A stretch of 64,000 nucleotides of DNA from Basidiobolus meristosporus CBS 931.73 (GCA_002104905.1 MCFE01000448.1:1-64000), one strand, 5' to 3'; shown: positions 24,700-38,559, numbered from the stretch's first letter. Program-made: numbers and translations. Notes: generated by a model not told the origin, from the sequence alone.

Positions 24700-27600
24700 A
24701 TCACCTTCTATGCTTAGGTATGTTGATTGGCTATTGCCTCTTTCTCACACTCTCTATTTCATGACTCAAGCAATTCTCTTACTTTTCACAAATACATATT
24801 GGCTTAATACCATTGAAACTTTGGTAGTACCTCAATTGCAAATTGTACTGACCTATACAAATCCCTATACCCAACACTAACATTAAGCCCAACCCTAAAC
24901 TTGACAAGTAATCCCATTTAAATCCACCATTCAATAAGTATTTCTGCTGTTACACCCTTTGTCCATGACTTTGGCAGGAACCCTACACCCTAAGTAAAGT
25001 AATTTGGTCCTGCAAGTGGATCCAATCCAGAACAGCATTCAGGATCCTGTTTGGTGACTGTGATTATAACAGCAGTTTGGAATTAGTGACACTCTTAACA
25101 ATCTTATAACAGGATCACAACTGTATTTGGCTAATTTTACTGCCAAATAAATTTAAAAAACTTGTCAGGGTTTTATTGATGCTGTGGCAATAATGGTATG
25201 GTAATGTTGTGGTCTTGATATGCTCTGCAACTATTTTAAATAGATCTAACCAGCCAGTACATCCAGTTACCTTATATGGCAAAAAACTTGACAGTGTTTT
25301 GACAGCCCCATTGCAAGTATCCAATGGCATTTTTACAGCAGTATGGTGGCCTACAGCTAGTTCTGTACAATGCTTCCATACCAATTTACCAAATGGTATT
25401 TTCTTTTTCTAACTCCCCTTGTGCAATTCATATGTTCCATTGTAGAATCACCCCTCTCTATTTGCTTACCCACTACTACCTTGGGTATTCCACATATAGT
25501 TCAAATCAAAACAAGCTATGGCCTCCTGCTTACTAACCCCTACAAACACACACACCTGCTGTAATTGGAATACTTCTATCATCTCTACTTTACAGCTTTT
25601 TAGTGTGATACTTGCAAAGTTGCCAAATACCTTGAGCTGCTGGTAACATATATATCTTTAAACATATGCTTGGTTGTTGCCACTTCTGCCATGAATACTT
25701 CCTGAAAATCTGCAAAGAATTTCTTGGTATTTAGCCAATATATTCCTTCTCCCTGCTGCATTCTAGTCCCCCTTATAGGTGCACTCTGGATCTTGTTTGT
25801 GTGAATTCTGTATTGAATGATGTAGAAGTTAGCTTGTGACCATGAGAAGTCCTGCATACCTTGGTAGAGTTTTACTGATAAAAATTAGTTGCTTGTTGCA
25901 CCCAACCCAACTTTGCATTACTCAGCTGATTACCCACGCATTACAGCTGCTTAGTTTCTCAATGCCATAGGCATAGGTGTCTCCATGTGCACATCTGTCC
26001 TCAGGATTTTCCAACTCTTCTTGGCTGTCCTCCATGTGCCAGCTCATCACAGCCATGATGGACTTGAAGTTAATATTCTTGATAAGTTTGGGATATGGTG
26101 GTACCTGTTACTTGACTTGTCATCCTATCTCCCCATGCATCTGCTCCATAGGAAACTCCCAAAAGGTGAAGCCAGGCCCAATATTCTCCACACACCAAGC
26201 AAAATGGAGAAGAGAATGAATACAGTAGTGGCAGAGATCTATGCATTCAGATTTATGTTTGTAGTACTGCCGCTTGAATCCTATTACAAACTCCTTGCAC
26301 AACTGCTATAGATGTGTCAAGTTGGCATTAGTGATCTGCTTCTGGATAAATTATCCAAAAATGTTCACACACGACTCCCAATGCTTGCAATGTACTCTTA
26401 GTAGAAATGGCTGGTTTGGTAGTGACTGATGAATTGTCAAATATGACTTGTGTGGTAAACACTGGCTGTAATCCTTGTAATACTTCCTATGCTGTCTGTG
26501 TGCTTCATGGCTGAGAGGCTTGCTACAAGAGCCATATGGTCTTTTTTCTCTTCTTTTAAGGTGTTGAGTCTTGTCCATGGGGCAAACAGCTTGACCTTCA
26601 ACAACATAATGGTATTTTATCACTTTTTGGTCAATATTCATCTGAGTTGAGAGCCTCTGCAGAGCTGCAAGCTGACCATTCTGCCCATGCAGATGAGAGT
26701 GTTGCAAGCACAGTACCTTCTGCTGAAGACCAGCAAGTTGCTGTCATAACAACACCACCACCTATATTATCAAGTATGTTGTCTGCTCATGCCAAAGCAT
26801 TAATGCAGCAATTAGGTGCAGTAGCTGATAGGATAGATGCAATGCAGAGAAGTCAGGAAATAGTCCAGAAGCAGGATAAGCAGATTATACAAGTAGAGAA
26901 ATCAGTATCCCAGGTAGAGAAAGCAGTATCATTGCTGCAAAGAAGGAACTCAAGTAGCTCAATGCCACAGCCAAGTATTGAGCCATTTACTGATGTAACA
27001 GCAGAGGATCACCATACAGTCATTGAAGCACAACAACAGTGCCCAAAGATAAAGCCTGCAGAGAAACCTATAACAGCATGGGAGTGAGATAATGTGGTGT
27101 TTATACCAAAGCCTAAAAATCAAAAGATATTGAAGATCCATGAGGCCATTGAGTGCCATGATGGAGTGGGATAATACTCAAGAGGCTGTCAGAAGTCTAG
27201 CATGCCATCACCTTGAGGTGGGCATACCATGGGACCATCAGGAATTCAAGGCCAAGCAGAATGTGCATGACTTGTTTCATGAGCACTATGCTGGATTCAA
27301 ATAGGCTAACTGATTTTTGGCCAGCACTAGTATATCAAGAATGTATTTTAGGAATAGCTGAAGCTATCAAAGGCAGAAAAACAAGGGTGCCATGGCTAAA
27401 AACCAGTGGCTTCCTCAATAGCCTGTTAGAAGCAGGACCAAAAGCTCCAGACAAGCATCAAAGAGACATCTGGTAGCAGGAAGAGTGCCAATAAGGGACA
27501 AGTAGGCCAATACAGATGCACCAGCACAACACTTATCAAGGAAAAGTGCAGTGCCACTCAAGAAGCACTCAGTCAAAGTTGCAGTGAAGGACCTGACAGT

Positions 27601-28800
27601 GATAAAAGCCAGCAGCTTTTACAGGAGCATGTCACAACTACAATTGAGAGTGCAAAACAAGCAGAAAAACATCAGGTTGCCAGAAGAGTGCCAGCAAGAG
27701 ACAAGCAGGCCAAAACAGATGCGTCAGAGCAGAATTTATCAAGGAGAAAATGAAGTGTCTTACAAGAAGTACTCAGACAAATTGGCAGTGAAAGACACAG
27801 CAGTGATAAAGGAAAAGGTAAAGGGAAAATTGTCTACTCAAGCCTAAGACAGGAAAGCATGCAAAAAAACCTGCAGCTCTTGCCAAATAACACTGTAAGC
27901 CCAGAACAGACTGAATCCCATCATAGCCAAGAAGAATTATCAACAAGAAAACAGCTGTTTTCACAAGAGTTAGAAGTGCAGCCAGTTGAGCTACACTCCA
28001 GCAAGGTTTATGAGTTTGCAGAAAAAGGCAATTTGTCTACCACAGCCTCCACTTCCTCCATTGCTGACAGAGTGGAGATCCCATTGACAGACAAGGCTAC
28101 AACATCAAGTACTCAAAAAACTATCACAATCCCTTCTGTGGAATTTTGGAACATTAATAGGCACAACAAGAGGTTGCAGCACTTCTTCAAGAGCAGTTTT
28201 CAAGAAAACACACTGAAATGTTGCAAGAATTTATTGCAAAGACTGGCAGATGAGGTGCTAGAACTTGCAGTGCCTGCTGAAGACCTGGATGTTTGGGAAT
28301 CAATGAATGGTCTGTGGCATAAAGCCATTAGGTTCCTGCCAAAGTTGTGGAACCAGTGCATTGCAGCAGAAATACATACTGAGTGGTGAATATTAATGGA
28401 GGTACTTGCTCAGTGTGGGGTTGGGCTTAGTGCTAGTCTACGGTATAGGGGCTGGTATGTGTCAATATAATTGGCAATTGAGGTAGAACTGAAGCTTCAA
28501 TGGAAATAAATCAACTTTTATACACAAACAGTAAGAGAAACAGTTTAGTCAAGAAGTAAGGAGTGTGAAAAAGAGCCAACAGCCAATCAATACACACAAA
28601 TGTAGGGGGTGATAGAGTGTCCAGAATCAGAAAGTCAGCAAATTGGCAGGGAACCAATCAAAAGCCACTTATTTATTGTTGTGATGAAGAATTTTGACTA
28701 CATTTTTGTGAAATCTGGAGTGCAATTATTTTTCAATGGTCTCTGGATGGTGTCTGGATGGGTTCAGTACCTCTTAGTGACAGGGCTTTAACTTTGTGAC
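24700..28800. mobile_element. Decayed CACTA/EnSpm-like element: transposase remnants on minus (~25000-26640) and a divergent accessory ORF on plus (~26650-28500)
   Basis: The minus strand has IHSLLHFAWCVENIGPGFTFWEFPMEQMHGEIG, like the DUF4218-region motif of Tnp2 transposases. The plus strand has a coiled-coil segment, then EAVRSLACHHLEVGIPWDHQEFKAKQNV...YFRNS, then EFWN...RLQHFFK...LQRLADEVL. There are many stops. Confidence 0.7.
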
Positions 28801-30901
28801 AGCCTTTTCATGGGATCATTACAATACTTCTTCATAGGGAAAATACTCCTGCTATGGAATCTGTTGCTGAGCACTCTGGGATATGGAAGTGTGTTGGAGC
28901 TTCTGAACCTAGCATTCAAGCATTCTCTAAGTCATTCACTCCCTCTACAAGGTGGTTCTCAATTGCTGTCAGCTGGGAATGAAATTTCCTAGGACTTTTG
29001 TTGCCATGGATGGGGTGATGAAACCTTGTAGGGCAATAGTTCTTCTAATAGCAGAGAAGCTTAACAAGGGATACCCTTGGGTGGATTGGGCTAGATGCTA
29101 CACAATACTTAGTACTGATATCCTTTAATGTGTTAAAATAAAGGCCAGTGGTAGTGATGGAATTGATGAGAAAATACCATTCAGATGAGTAAGACATAGT
29201 AAAGTTGATAGCGGATTGGGCAAAGAGGATTTGAATTGATTTGGCGCAATCAGCTTTATATATGTGATTTCCATGCATTAGGATTAAATCTCCATCAATT
29301 GCCATGTATCCCATCATTAAGTTGCAAAAATTATGCTCAACATTGCTTTGATGCTTTTATTGATGCTGTACCCACAAGTTTATAATCAAATAAGAAGTCC
29401 GATATTGATGTGATTTGATTTGTGTCCATGGAATCCAAGATTCATCATGCATAATATAGGAAAAATTCAACCATCACATTAGTTTTCATATTTATTTCAT
29501 GTAAGACCAGGTTGATACCAATATACAACTCTAGAAGAGATCAAAACTGTTACTATGATCCCTATACCAAGCTGCAACTCATCTTTAATACAGCCCAGAC
29601 AAAGCCCATCCCCCAGCTCACAAGCATGGTCTGGACCAAAAAAGTCAATGTTGGATCCGGTTGAGTTCTTGCCAGAAGATTTTAGTGTTGCCCCAGTCTC
29701 TGTGATAAGCCTTTTTACAGATATTTGGGCACTACTAATAAATCTAGCAGAATTGGATACTGCAGAGAGTCCACAGAGATGAAAGAATTTGAGTAGAAAG
29801 CTATGGCATAAGTTCTACACCAAGATACTAGCAGATGTATGCAAGAAAATTATAACAAGACAAGTATTGAAGTCAAGAATGAGCTGAGAGTGAGGGGATT
29901 TGATGAGGAAGCCTTCTGTGAGCAATTCCACATGCAATTTGTACAGTATGAACTGGACGCACCATCTGTGCCTCAACTCTGGGAACCAAAAGGATTTTAA
30001 ATGTGTTGTTGCCTCATATGACCAATGTACTATGTGATATATTAGTGGAGCCAAGTGGCTCTCAAGAGGCATATACACAGGACTCATCCAGGTAACAGTT
30101 CCAAAGTATCAGACAGAAGGTAAGTAAATACCTTGAGGAATCAGAAGGTGTGCTTCAATAGGAAAAATACAGACTGCAAGTAACAGTGTCTAGATTGGGC
30201 CAGCATGCCTCTCTGAACTCCTACCATCCCTTAAAACTTCAACGTGCCAGCACATATCTGTCCAATCTACACCAACAGCCTTCAAAAGAGCGCCCCACAT
30301 TGTGGCGATGCATGCTCTTCAGAGTAAAACTACCAGAACATGCCAAATTGCACATTAAAACATGAGTCCATTGGAGTGGGCTGAGTGTGTCAACAAGTGG
30401 CATTGCATCAAATTCAGCCAAGGGCCATGCCACACATCAAGTAGCACCTGAGCATGCCATTACACCTGATCATTAGCAAGTTACTTCTGGTGAACTGACT
30501 GGTGATAACCCACATGAAGTGCCTCCACTACCAGAGTGTTTGGCAAGTGAGAGTACTCATCAGCCTGTGGCACTTCAGGCTGGCTCAGTAGCATCATCCA
30601 GAGCAATTCAGCAAAGCCAAGCTGCAGCATTACACTCATTAACTAGGAGGCAAACTACTCAATAAAAATACACAAGTAGCCAAGATGATAGTCTACAAGG
30701 AAGTAATTTAGGTGTTCAAAGTGAATCATTACAAAATGCTTTAGTATTAATAACTGAAAAAAACCTAGGAAAAGATGATAAAATTGCATCCTAACAACCT
30801 GCTGAGCTGTAGCCTCTATGCCCTTGGCTTGAAAAAGGATATTAGCAATCCAAATTGAGCCATTGCAAGTCCATGATCACTATATTTTTGATATAAGTAA
30901 T

Positions 30902-31635
30902 AGACTTGTTCCGTTGGATAGTGCCACATTGAGCCATGAGTGCCAAATGATGCCATAGTGTGCCAGAGAGGCCAATTGAGCCTCTACCTGGCCACAGAGT
31001 GTGAAACATAGCTCCACATCTTCATGCAAAGCAGCCCCTGTGTTTCACCCATTGTGTTGGAGAAAATCCATTTTTTGAGCTTTTTTTGTGAATCAATGTA
31101 GCTCAGGATGTGTAAGAGCACAGGAGAACTGAAGATATGCATCTGGTACTCAATACCCATGGCACTCTGAATCTAGCTCCTGTAGCTTGTATCATGTCAC
31201 AAAAATGAATGGCACAATCTTGGTCCACCGGCACTATCTGGCACTATATTTAAATATTAGCCCTAAAGTAAGATCTATACAAAGCACTAATAGTGCCAGA
31301 TAGTGCCGGTGGACCAAGATAGTGCCATTCATTTTTGTGACATGATACAAGCTACAGGAGCTAGATTCAGAGTGCCATGGGTATTGAGTACCAGATGCAT
31401 ATCTTCAGTTCTCCTGTGCTCTTACACATCCTGAGCTACATTGATTCACAAAAAAAGCTCAAAAAATGGATTTTCTCCTGCGCAATGGGTGAAACACAGG
31501 GGCTGCTTTACATGAAGATGCAGAGCTATGTTTCACACTCTGTGGCCAAGTATAGGCTCAATTGACCTCTCTGGCACACTATGGCATCATTTGGCACTCA
31601 TGGCTCAGTGTGGCACTATCCAACGGAACAAGTCT
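30902..31635. mobile_element. Fold-back MITE copy 1 (734 bp; arms ~345 bp, spacer ~45 bp), TSD AAT
   Basis: AGACTTGTTCCGTTGG...CCAACGGAACAAGTCT, with near-perfect inverted arms and AAT at 30899-30901 and 31636-31638. It has no coding capacity. Confidence 0.85.
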
Positions 31636-32549
31636 AATATTGATGTTGTCTCACAATTGATACAGATGATATATGATGGCAAATCAGATAGCTTGGGTAT
31701 AGGTCAATGAGCCAATTGTAGGATAACAGTTTCAGGATACTTTTAGACCAATCAACCACTCACCAACTATCCAATTGAGGTGATGGTAATTAAAATGGCA
31801 AGTATCAGTTAGCTTATAGTGTGATACGCAAGTATTTACATTTACATTAAAGAAACATATCCAAACACCAAATTTTACCTACTGCCATGGCAGTATCCAA
31901 TTACACATGTGATGCATACAGCGCAAATTGGTGCAATCATCTAGGCCAACCTCATTGTGTCAGATTGTGTCATAGTGTGCAAGATAGTCCAAGAGCAATC
32001 CTGCTTACTGGTAGCCACAATATTGCAACTGATTGTTCTTAACAACCACAGATTGTGCCACACACCCTGGCACAATACAACAGAACTAGTCTACTGTGTT
32101 GCTACATTCTCATCTGCTTGAGCATCATGATCAGCTTGCTGCTACACAGAGATTGACATTTGCCTACTTGACTGAGAGCCTGAGAAATCTGCATCATTAC
32201 CTTCAGTGGGGATACTCTTAGCTTGGCATTTTCTGGGTGTGCCCTGCCTGTTGCACTGAATGTCAAAGCAAACTGTTGTACTACTGTTCTTCTGCTGCCG
32301 TCAACAGTGTGGCTTGGCTGGGAACCAAACAACTTTGTTTTTTTTTGCATCATATATATGGAAGAGAGTCATATGCATGTGTATGTGGTGCCACAACTTC
32401 ATTTATAATGTTTACTATGGCAGGTCATCATTGAATCTTACTTTCATGTAGGTGCTATGTCTCAAATACAACACTGACATAAACTCACATGAGCATTGAC
32501 AAAAAGTGATACAATAGTGTTATACTATTCAGTATCAAGCTGCTTGCCC

Positions 32550-33150
32550 CATGGAGAAGACTACTTTGATTCATCACTATAAGAGAAGAGAAAAAAGACC
32601 TTGTGGCTATGGTAACAAGCCTCTTAGCCTAGAAGCATGTAGACATAATACAAAGTATTATAAGGATCACAGAGAGTGTTTTGCTACACAAGTCATATAT
32701 GGCCATTATTCAGTCACTACCACACCATCAATATCTAAAATGGCAACTAGCTCTACTTGTAACCTTGCACAGGCTGAGTCATGTGAACCTATGATGCCTT
32801 CAGGCTCACCTCATCCTTCTCAATATAGTATGCAGAGTGATAGCTCCAAAGAAGAAGTCTCACTGGTATCTAGGCCAAGATCAACATCCTGGCAGGACAG
32901 CTTCCTGCATCCCCTGAGGGATGAATTTTATATGCTTTCCAGCAGAATACTGCCAAACAGCCATCATATCAAAGCACATATTATTATTTGCATGGGAGAT
33001 ACCCCTGCCATAAGCAAGAAAGCCAGCTTTTCTGGGCACAATGGATGGAATTACTGTCAAATGTGTGAAATCCAACAGATTTACTCCATAACTCACACAC
33101 ATTACTCTTTTAAAAAGAATTTGATCCCACAGGTGAATCCAATCTAGATC
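32550..33150 (+). mobile_element. CACTA/EnSpm Tnp2-type transposase fragment (N-terminus and catalytic region)
   Basis: SFLHPLRDEFYML...IIICMGDTPAISKKASFSGHNGWNYCQMCEI matches the GDxPA...GHNG...CxxC motif of Transposase_21-like proteins. Confidence 0.8.
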
Positions 33151-34100
33151 AGCTGTCAAGATCCAGTCAGGAGACTGGTATAATGCCAGCAGCTTGGGAT
33201 TAATGACCCTCTACAAATTCTTATGACAGGATCACAACATCATTGCTGAGGTCCAAGTGCACTCTACAACTATTGGAGTGGATCTAACTGGCCAGTACAT
33301 CCAATTGCATTATATGGCAAAAAACCTGACAGTGTTTTGATGACCTCATTGCAAGCCACTGATGGCATTATAATGGCAGTTTGGTGGCCTATTGCTAATT
33401 ATGAATAAGGCTACCAAACAAACTTACCAAACAGTATTTCCTTTCTCTATCTCCCCTTGCACAGTTCATATATTCCACAGTGGAATCACACCTCTCTATT
33501 TGCTTACCCACTACTACCTTGGGTACTTCATGTACAGTCTGAATCAAAAAAACTATGGCCTCCTGCTTGCCAATGCTACATACTTGCATACCTGCTGCAG
33601 TTAACACACTTCTATCACCTTAACTTTATGGCTTTTTGTGTGATACTTGCAAGCTACCATAAACAGTGTATTACTGGTAACATATACATCTTGCAAACAA
33701 ATGCTTAGTTGCTGCCACATTAGCCTTTAATACTTCCTGAATATATGCAAAGAACATCTTGATACTTTGCCAATATATTCCTTCTCCCTGCTGCATTCAA
33801 GATCCCCTTATAGGTGTACTCTGGCTCTTGTTTGTGTGAATTCTGTATCAAATGGTGCAGAAAATGGCTTGTGACTATGAGAAATCTGGCATATCTTGGT
33901 AGAGCTCTCTTAATAAGAATTAGTTGCTTGTTACACCTAATCCAACTTTGTATTATTTAGCAGATAACCCATGCATTGTGGCTGCTTAGCTTCTTGATGC
34001 CATATGCATAGGTGCTTCCATAGACACATCTGTCCTCAGGATTTTCCAACTCTTCCTGGCTGTCCTCTGTGTGCCAGCTCATTGCATCCATAACTGACCT
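33150..34100 (-). mobile_element. CACTA transposase C-terminal remnant
   Basis: Homologous to 25000-26100 and 40750-41450. It is heavily decayed. Confidence 0.65.
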
Positions 34101-34109
34101 GAAGGTATT

Positions 34110-35400
34110 GGAACATTAATAGGCACACTAAGAGGTTGCAGCACTACTTCAAGAGCAGTGCTCAAGACAACATACCTGAATATTGCAAGGATTTATTGCA
34201 AAGACTGGCAGATGAGGTGTTGGACCTTGCAGTGCTGGCTGAAGACCAGAACCTGTGGGAACCAGTGAATGAACAGTGGCATAAAGCTGTAGGGTTCCCA
34301 CCAAAGTTGTGGATCCAGAGCATTACAGCAGAAATACCTATTGAGTGGAGGAACTTGATGGGGTTACTTATTAAGTGTGGGGTTGGGCTTAGTGTTAGTG
34401 TAGGGTATAGGGACTTGCATAGGTTGATACCATTGGCAATTGAGGTACAACTGCAGTTGCAATGCTAAGTATCAATTGATAAACATGAAAAGTAAGAGAA
34501 ATGGCTTAGTCAGGAATTAAGGAGTGTGAAAGCCAATTCATACACACAAATGTACGAGGTGATAGAGCTTCTGGGACTAGAAAGTGAGAAAATTGGCAGA
34601 GAACCAATCACAAGCCACTTATATATTAGACTTGTTCCGTTGGATAGTGCCACATTGAGCCATGAGTGCCAAATGATGCCATAGTGTGCCAGAGAGGCCA
34701 AGTAAGCCTATACTTGGCCACAGAGTGTGAAACATAGATCTGCATCTTCATGCAAAGCAGCCCCTGTGTTTTACCTATGATGCAGGAGAAAATCCATTTT
34801 TTGACATTTTTTTGTGGATCAATATTGTGCAGGATGTGCAAGAGCACTAAAGGATTGAAGACATACATCTGGTACTCAACACCCATGGCACTCTGAATCT
34901 AGCTCCTGTGGCTTGTAACATGTCACAAAAATGTATGGCACTATCTAGTGCCTGATAGTACCAGAGGACCAAGATAGTGCCGTGCATCTTTGTGACATGT
35001 TACAAGCCACAGGAGCTAGATCCAGAGTGTCATGGGTATTGGGTACCATATGCATATCTTCAATCCTTTAGTGCTCTTGCACATCCTGTACAACAGTGAC
35101 CTAAAAAAAAGGTAAAAAAATGGATTTTCTCCAACACAATGAGTGAGACACAGGGGCTGCTTTGCATGAAGATGCAGATCTATGTTTCACACTCTGTGGC
35201 CAAGTATAGGCTTACTTGGCCTCTCTGGCACACTATGGCATCATTTGGCACTCATGGCTCAATGTGGCACAATCCAACAGAACAAGTCTATTGTTGTAAT
35301 GATTAATTTGTGAAATCTGGGGTGCAACTATTTTTTGACGGTTTTTGCACATTGTCCTGATGGGATCAATACCTCTTAGTCACAGGAATTTAAGCTTGTG
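34110..35400 (+). mobile_element. CACTA accessory-ORF 3' fragment, interrupted by MITE copy 2
   Basis: LQHYFKSSAQDNIPEYCKDLLQRLADEVLDLAVLAEDQNLWEP is homologous to 28150-28400. The flanks of the MITE rejoin to match the empty site at ~28660-28690. Confidence 0.65.
34628..35289. mobile_element. Fold-back MITE copy 2 (662 bp, spacer deleted), TSD ATT
   Basis: Same termini as copy 1. ATT is at 34625-34627 and 35290-35292, and the empty-site homologue at ~28670 has a single ATT. Confidence 0.85.
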
Positions 35401-35499
35401 ATAGCCTTTTGACTGGATCATAGCAATAATTTTTCATCAAGTATTATCACCATACAGCAGCATTAAGAGCATCATCTTCCCACTAAGAGAATGTGCAGA

Positions 35500-37650
35500 T
35501 GTCAGCATGCAATTGCAGCAAAGTTGGCAAGCAATAAGCTATTGGCAGGAATTTAGATTTAATTGGCAACCCTAGACACTAAGAATAGTGAGTAACTGCT
35601 GAAGAAAAAGCCTTCCACTGGGAGTATTGAATTGGCTTTTCAACAACATCCCTACACTAATGTTCAAGTTGTACAGGGTACTTCAAGCAGAGTGGGCTTT
35701 TAGGATACCAGAGAAGTTTGAAAGAATTGGCAAGATAATACAGAGCATCAAGCATTCAAACTACTTCTCACAGACTCCAACTAATATTCATACAAATATG
35801 CAACAAAACAAATGCAAGGACTCAATGAACTGGATATGTATTTATTCAAGTGACCTCCTGAATGCACTTCTACCAAGATTACATTGGAAGCATTGGGAGT
35901 CATATGTGAACATTGTAGGAGTACTTATCCAGATGTGAATTGCCAATGTCAACTTGATGCATCTACTGCTTTTATGCCAGGAGGCTGTGATGGGATTTGC
36001 ACAGCTATACTACAAGCATAAAGATTAATGCATGGACCTCTGCCACTACTGCATCCATTCTCTGCACCATCTTGCTTGGTGTGTGGAGAATATGGGGCCT
36101 TACTTCACCTTTTGAGAGTTTCCTATGGAGCAGATGTGTGGGGAGATAGGAAAATAAGTCAAGTTGTAGGTTCTACCATATCCCGATGTCATCAAGAACA
36201 TTACCTTCAATTCCATCATAGATGTGATGAGTTGGCCTGTGGAGGACAGCCAAGAAGGGTTGAAAAATACTGAGAACAGATGTGCACATTGGGACACTTA
36301 TGCCTTTGGCATTAAGAAGCTAAGCAGCCCCAATGCATTGGTAATCAGTTAAGTAATGCAAAGTTGGGTGGTGTGCAAGAAGCTATTAATTTTTACTAGG
36401 AAAGCTTTACCCAGGTATACTGGGTTGTTCCTGCTAACAAGCTAATCTCTACACAATTCAATATGGTATTTACACAAACAAGATCCTGAGCGTACTTGTA
36501 AGGGCAACTAGAATCCAGCAAGGAGAAGGAATATATTGGTTAAATACCACAAAGCTCTTAGCAGATATTTAGAAGGTATTCAGGGCAAAGTGATGGCAAC
36601 CAAGCATTTGTTTGCAAGATGTATATGCTACCAGCAATACAAGGTATATGGCAACTTTGCAAATATCACACTAAAAAGCAGTAAATTTGAGGTGATAGAA
36701 AGGTGTCAATTGCAGAAGGTGTGTATGCATGTAGAGATTTGTACTCAGGGGGCAATGGCTTTTTTTGATTTATACTTTATGAGGATTGCCCACAATAGTG
36801 GTGGGTAATCAAATGATACAAGTCTAGGTATAAGAGTGGTAGAGGAATAAGGAGTTTAGCTAGTATTGTATTTGCTAAAACTTAAGCTGATTTATGGAGG
36901 TTCCAGCAGCTCCTTATAGACATTTTTGCTGGATTAATTGCTGACTATTGGTATATCCTAATGTAGGTTGTGGCTGATGACTCATTTGATTGTATCATCA
37001 TCACCCAAGAAGATCCTACTTAATATACCTATTCCTGTCTGGTAAGGATCTGCTGACTAATGCTACTGATTTGATAGATAACACTGATATACTGATAGGC
37101 TAAACATATAACTAATAAATTAGACTAAAAACGGATCTAACTTAAACATTCAAGCTGTAGATCATAGCACAAATATATTGGGGTGATTCTATAACAGTAT
37201 ATATGAATGATGCAAGGAAAGTAGCAAAAAGAAATCCAATTTGGTAATTGGTGTGCTAGCATTATGTAGTACTACCTATAAGCTGCCATTTGGCAGCTAT
37301 AGGGCCAACTAATGTCTGTATCAAGGCTGTGAGATTACATTCAAGCTTTGTTTTCAAATATGGCAATTGGATGCACTGGCTGGTTGGGTTTGATCAAATC
37401 AGTGTAGGTTTCTATAGAAACATAAAAATGCCATTCAAATCCCTTCAAAGGACCATTAAAATACTGTTTGGTTTACTTACCTATTGAGCTGTAGATTCAG
37501 CAAAACACTGTTACAATCCCATCATAAGATTGTGAAGAGGGTCAGCCATTCCAAGCTGCAGGCATTGTGTCAGTCTTATTATGGGATCTACATGATTAAT
37601 ATAAGTTGGATTCACCTGTGGAGCTAACTTATTGTGCTCTGGTCAGTTGC
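35500..37650 (+). mobile_element. Decayed CACTA/EnSpm transposase (middle and C-terminal part), interrupted by a solo LTR
   Basis: IPEKFERIG...NWICIYSSDLLNALLPRLHWKHWESYV and IHSLHHLAWCVENMGPYFTF*EFPMEQMCGEIG. Confidence 0.75.
36814..37169 (-). repeat. Solo LTR, family 2 (gypsy), 4-bp TSD CAAA
   Basis: TG...CA ends with CAAA on both sides. It is homologous to the LTRs of the element at 59447-62458. Confidence 0.85.
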
Positions 37651-37811
37651 TTTCTTCAATTTCATGAAATGGCCACTCTGCTGATCATTGATTGGTAAGG
37701 GTATTCTGGCCTTCAGATGGCACTAAGCTGCCTTGATTGCGCTGAGATTAGCCAAGCTAAAACCTGTTCCCACTGGGGTAGCTGCTACTTTACAGTCTTC
37801 CATTTGGCAAT

Positions 37812-38540
37812 AGACTCATTCCTTGTAATTTTGCCTCATTGCATTACAATGCCATATAGTGCCATAGTTTGCCATTAAGCTCAAGTAAATGAGTATTTGG
37901 CCACCAACTGTGAAGCGTAGCTCCTCATCCTCATGCAAAGCAGCCCCTGTGTGTCACCCATTGAGCTCAAAAAATCCATTTTTTGACCTTTTTTTGGGGA
38001 TTAATGTTGTGCATGCAGTGTAGGTGCACAGAGAGACTGAAGACATGCACTTGATACTCAATATGCATGAAACTTGGCATCTAGCTCCAGAAGTTTGTAA
38101 CATGCCACAAAAATTCATGGCACTATCTTGGTCCACTGTTACTATCTGGCACTAAAGGTGCACTTTATAGGTTTTACTATTAAGCTAATATCTAAATATA
38201 GTGCCAGATAGTACAAGCAGACCAAGATAGTGCCATGCATTCTTGTGATATATTACAAACCTTTGGAGCTAGATTCCAAGTGTCATGGGCATTAAGTATC
38301 AAGTGCGTGTCTTTTACTCTTGTGTGCTCTTACACATCATATGCAACGTTTATCCTAGACAAAGGGTCCAAAAATGGATTTGCCATCACAGTGGATGAGA
38401 CACAGTAACTATTTTGCATGGGAATGTGTAATTAAACTTTACATTGGATGGACAAGTATAGGTCTGCTATGCTGCTCTGGCACATTACAGCACCACTGGT
38501 GCAAAGGTCTCAGTGTACTCCAGTTCTTTGGTTTAAGAGT
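37812..38540. mobile_element. Fold-back MITE copy 3, older and diverged, spacer in the opposite orientation to copy 1
   Basis: Inverted arms are homologous to copies 1 and 2, the left end reads AAT|AGACTC, and the right end is eroded (coordinate approximate). Confidence 0.7.
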
Positions 38541-38559
38541 ATTCTTTAACCTCAAGCCT

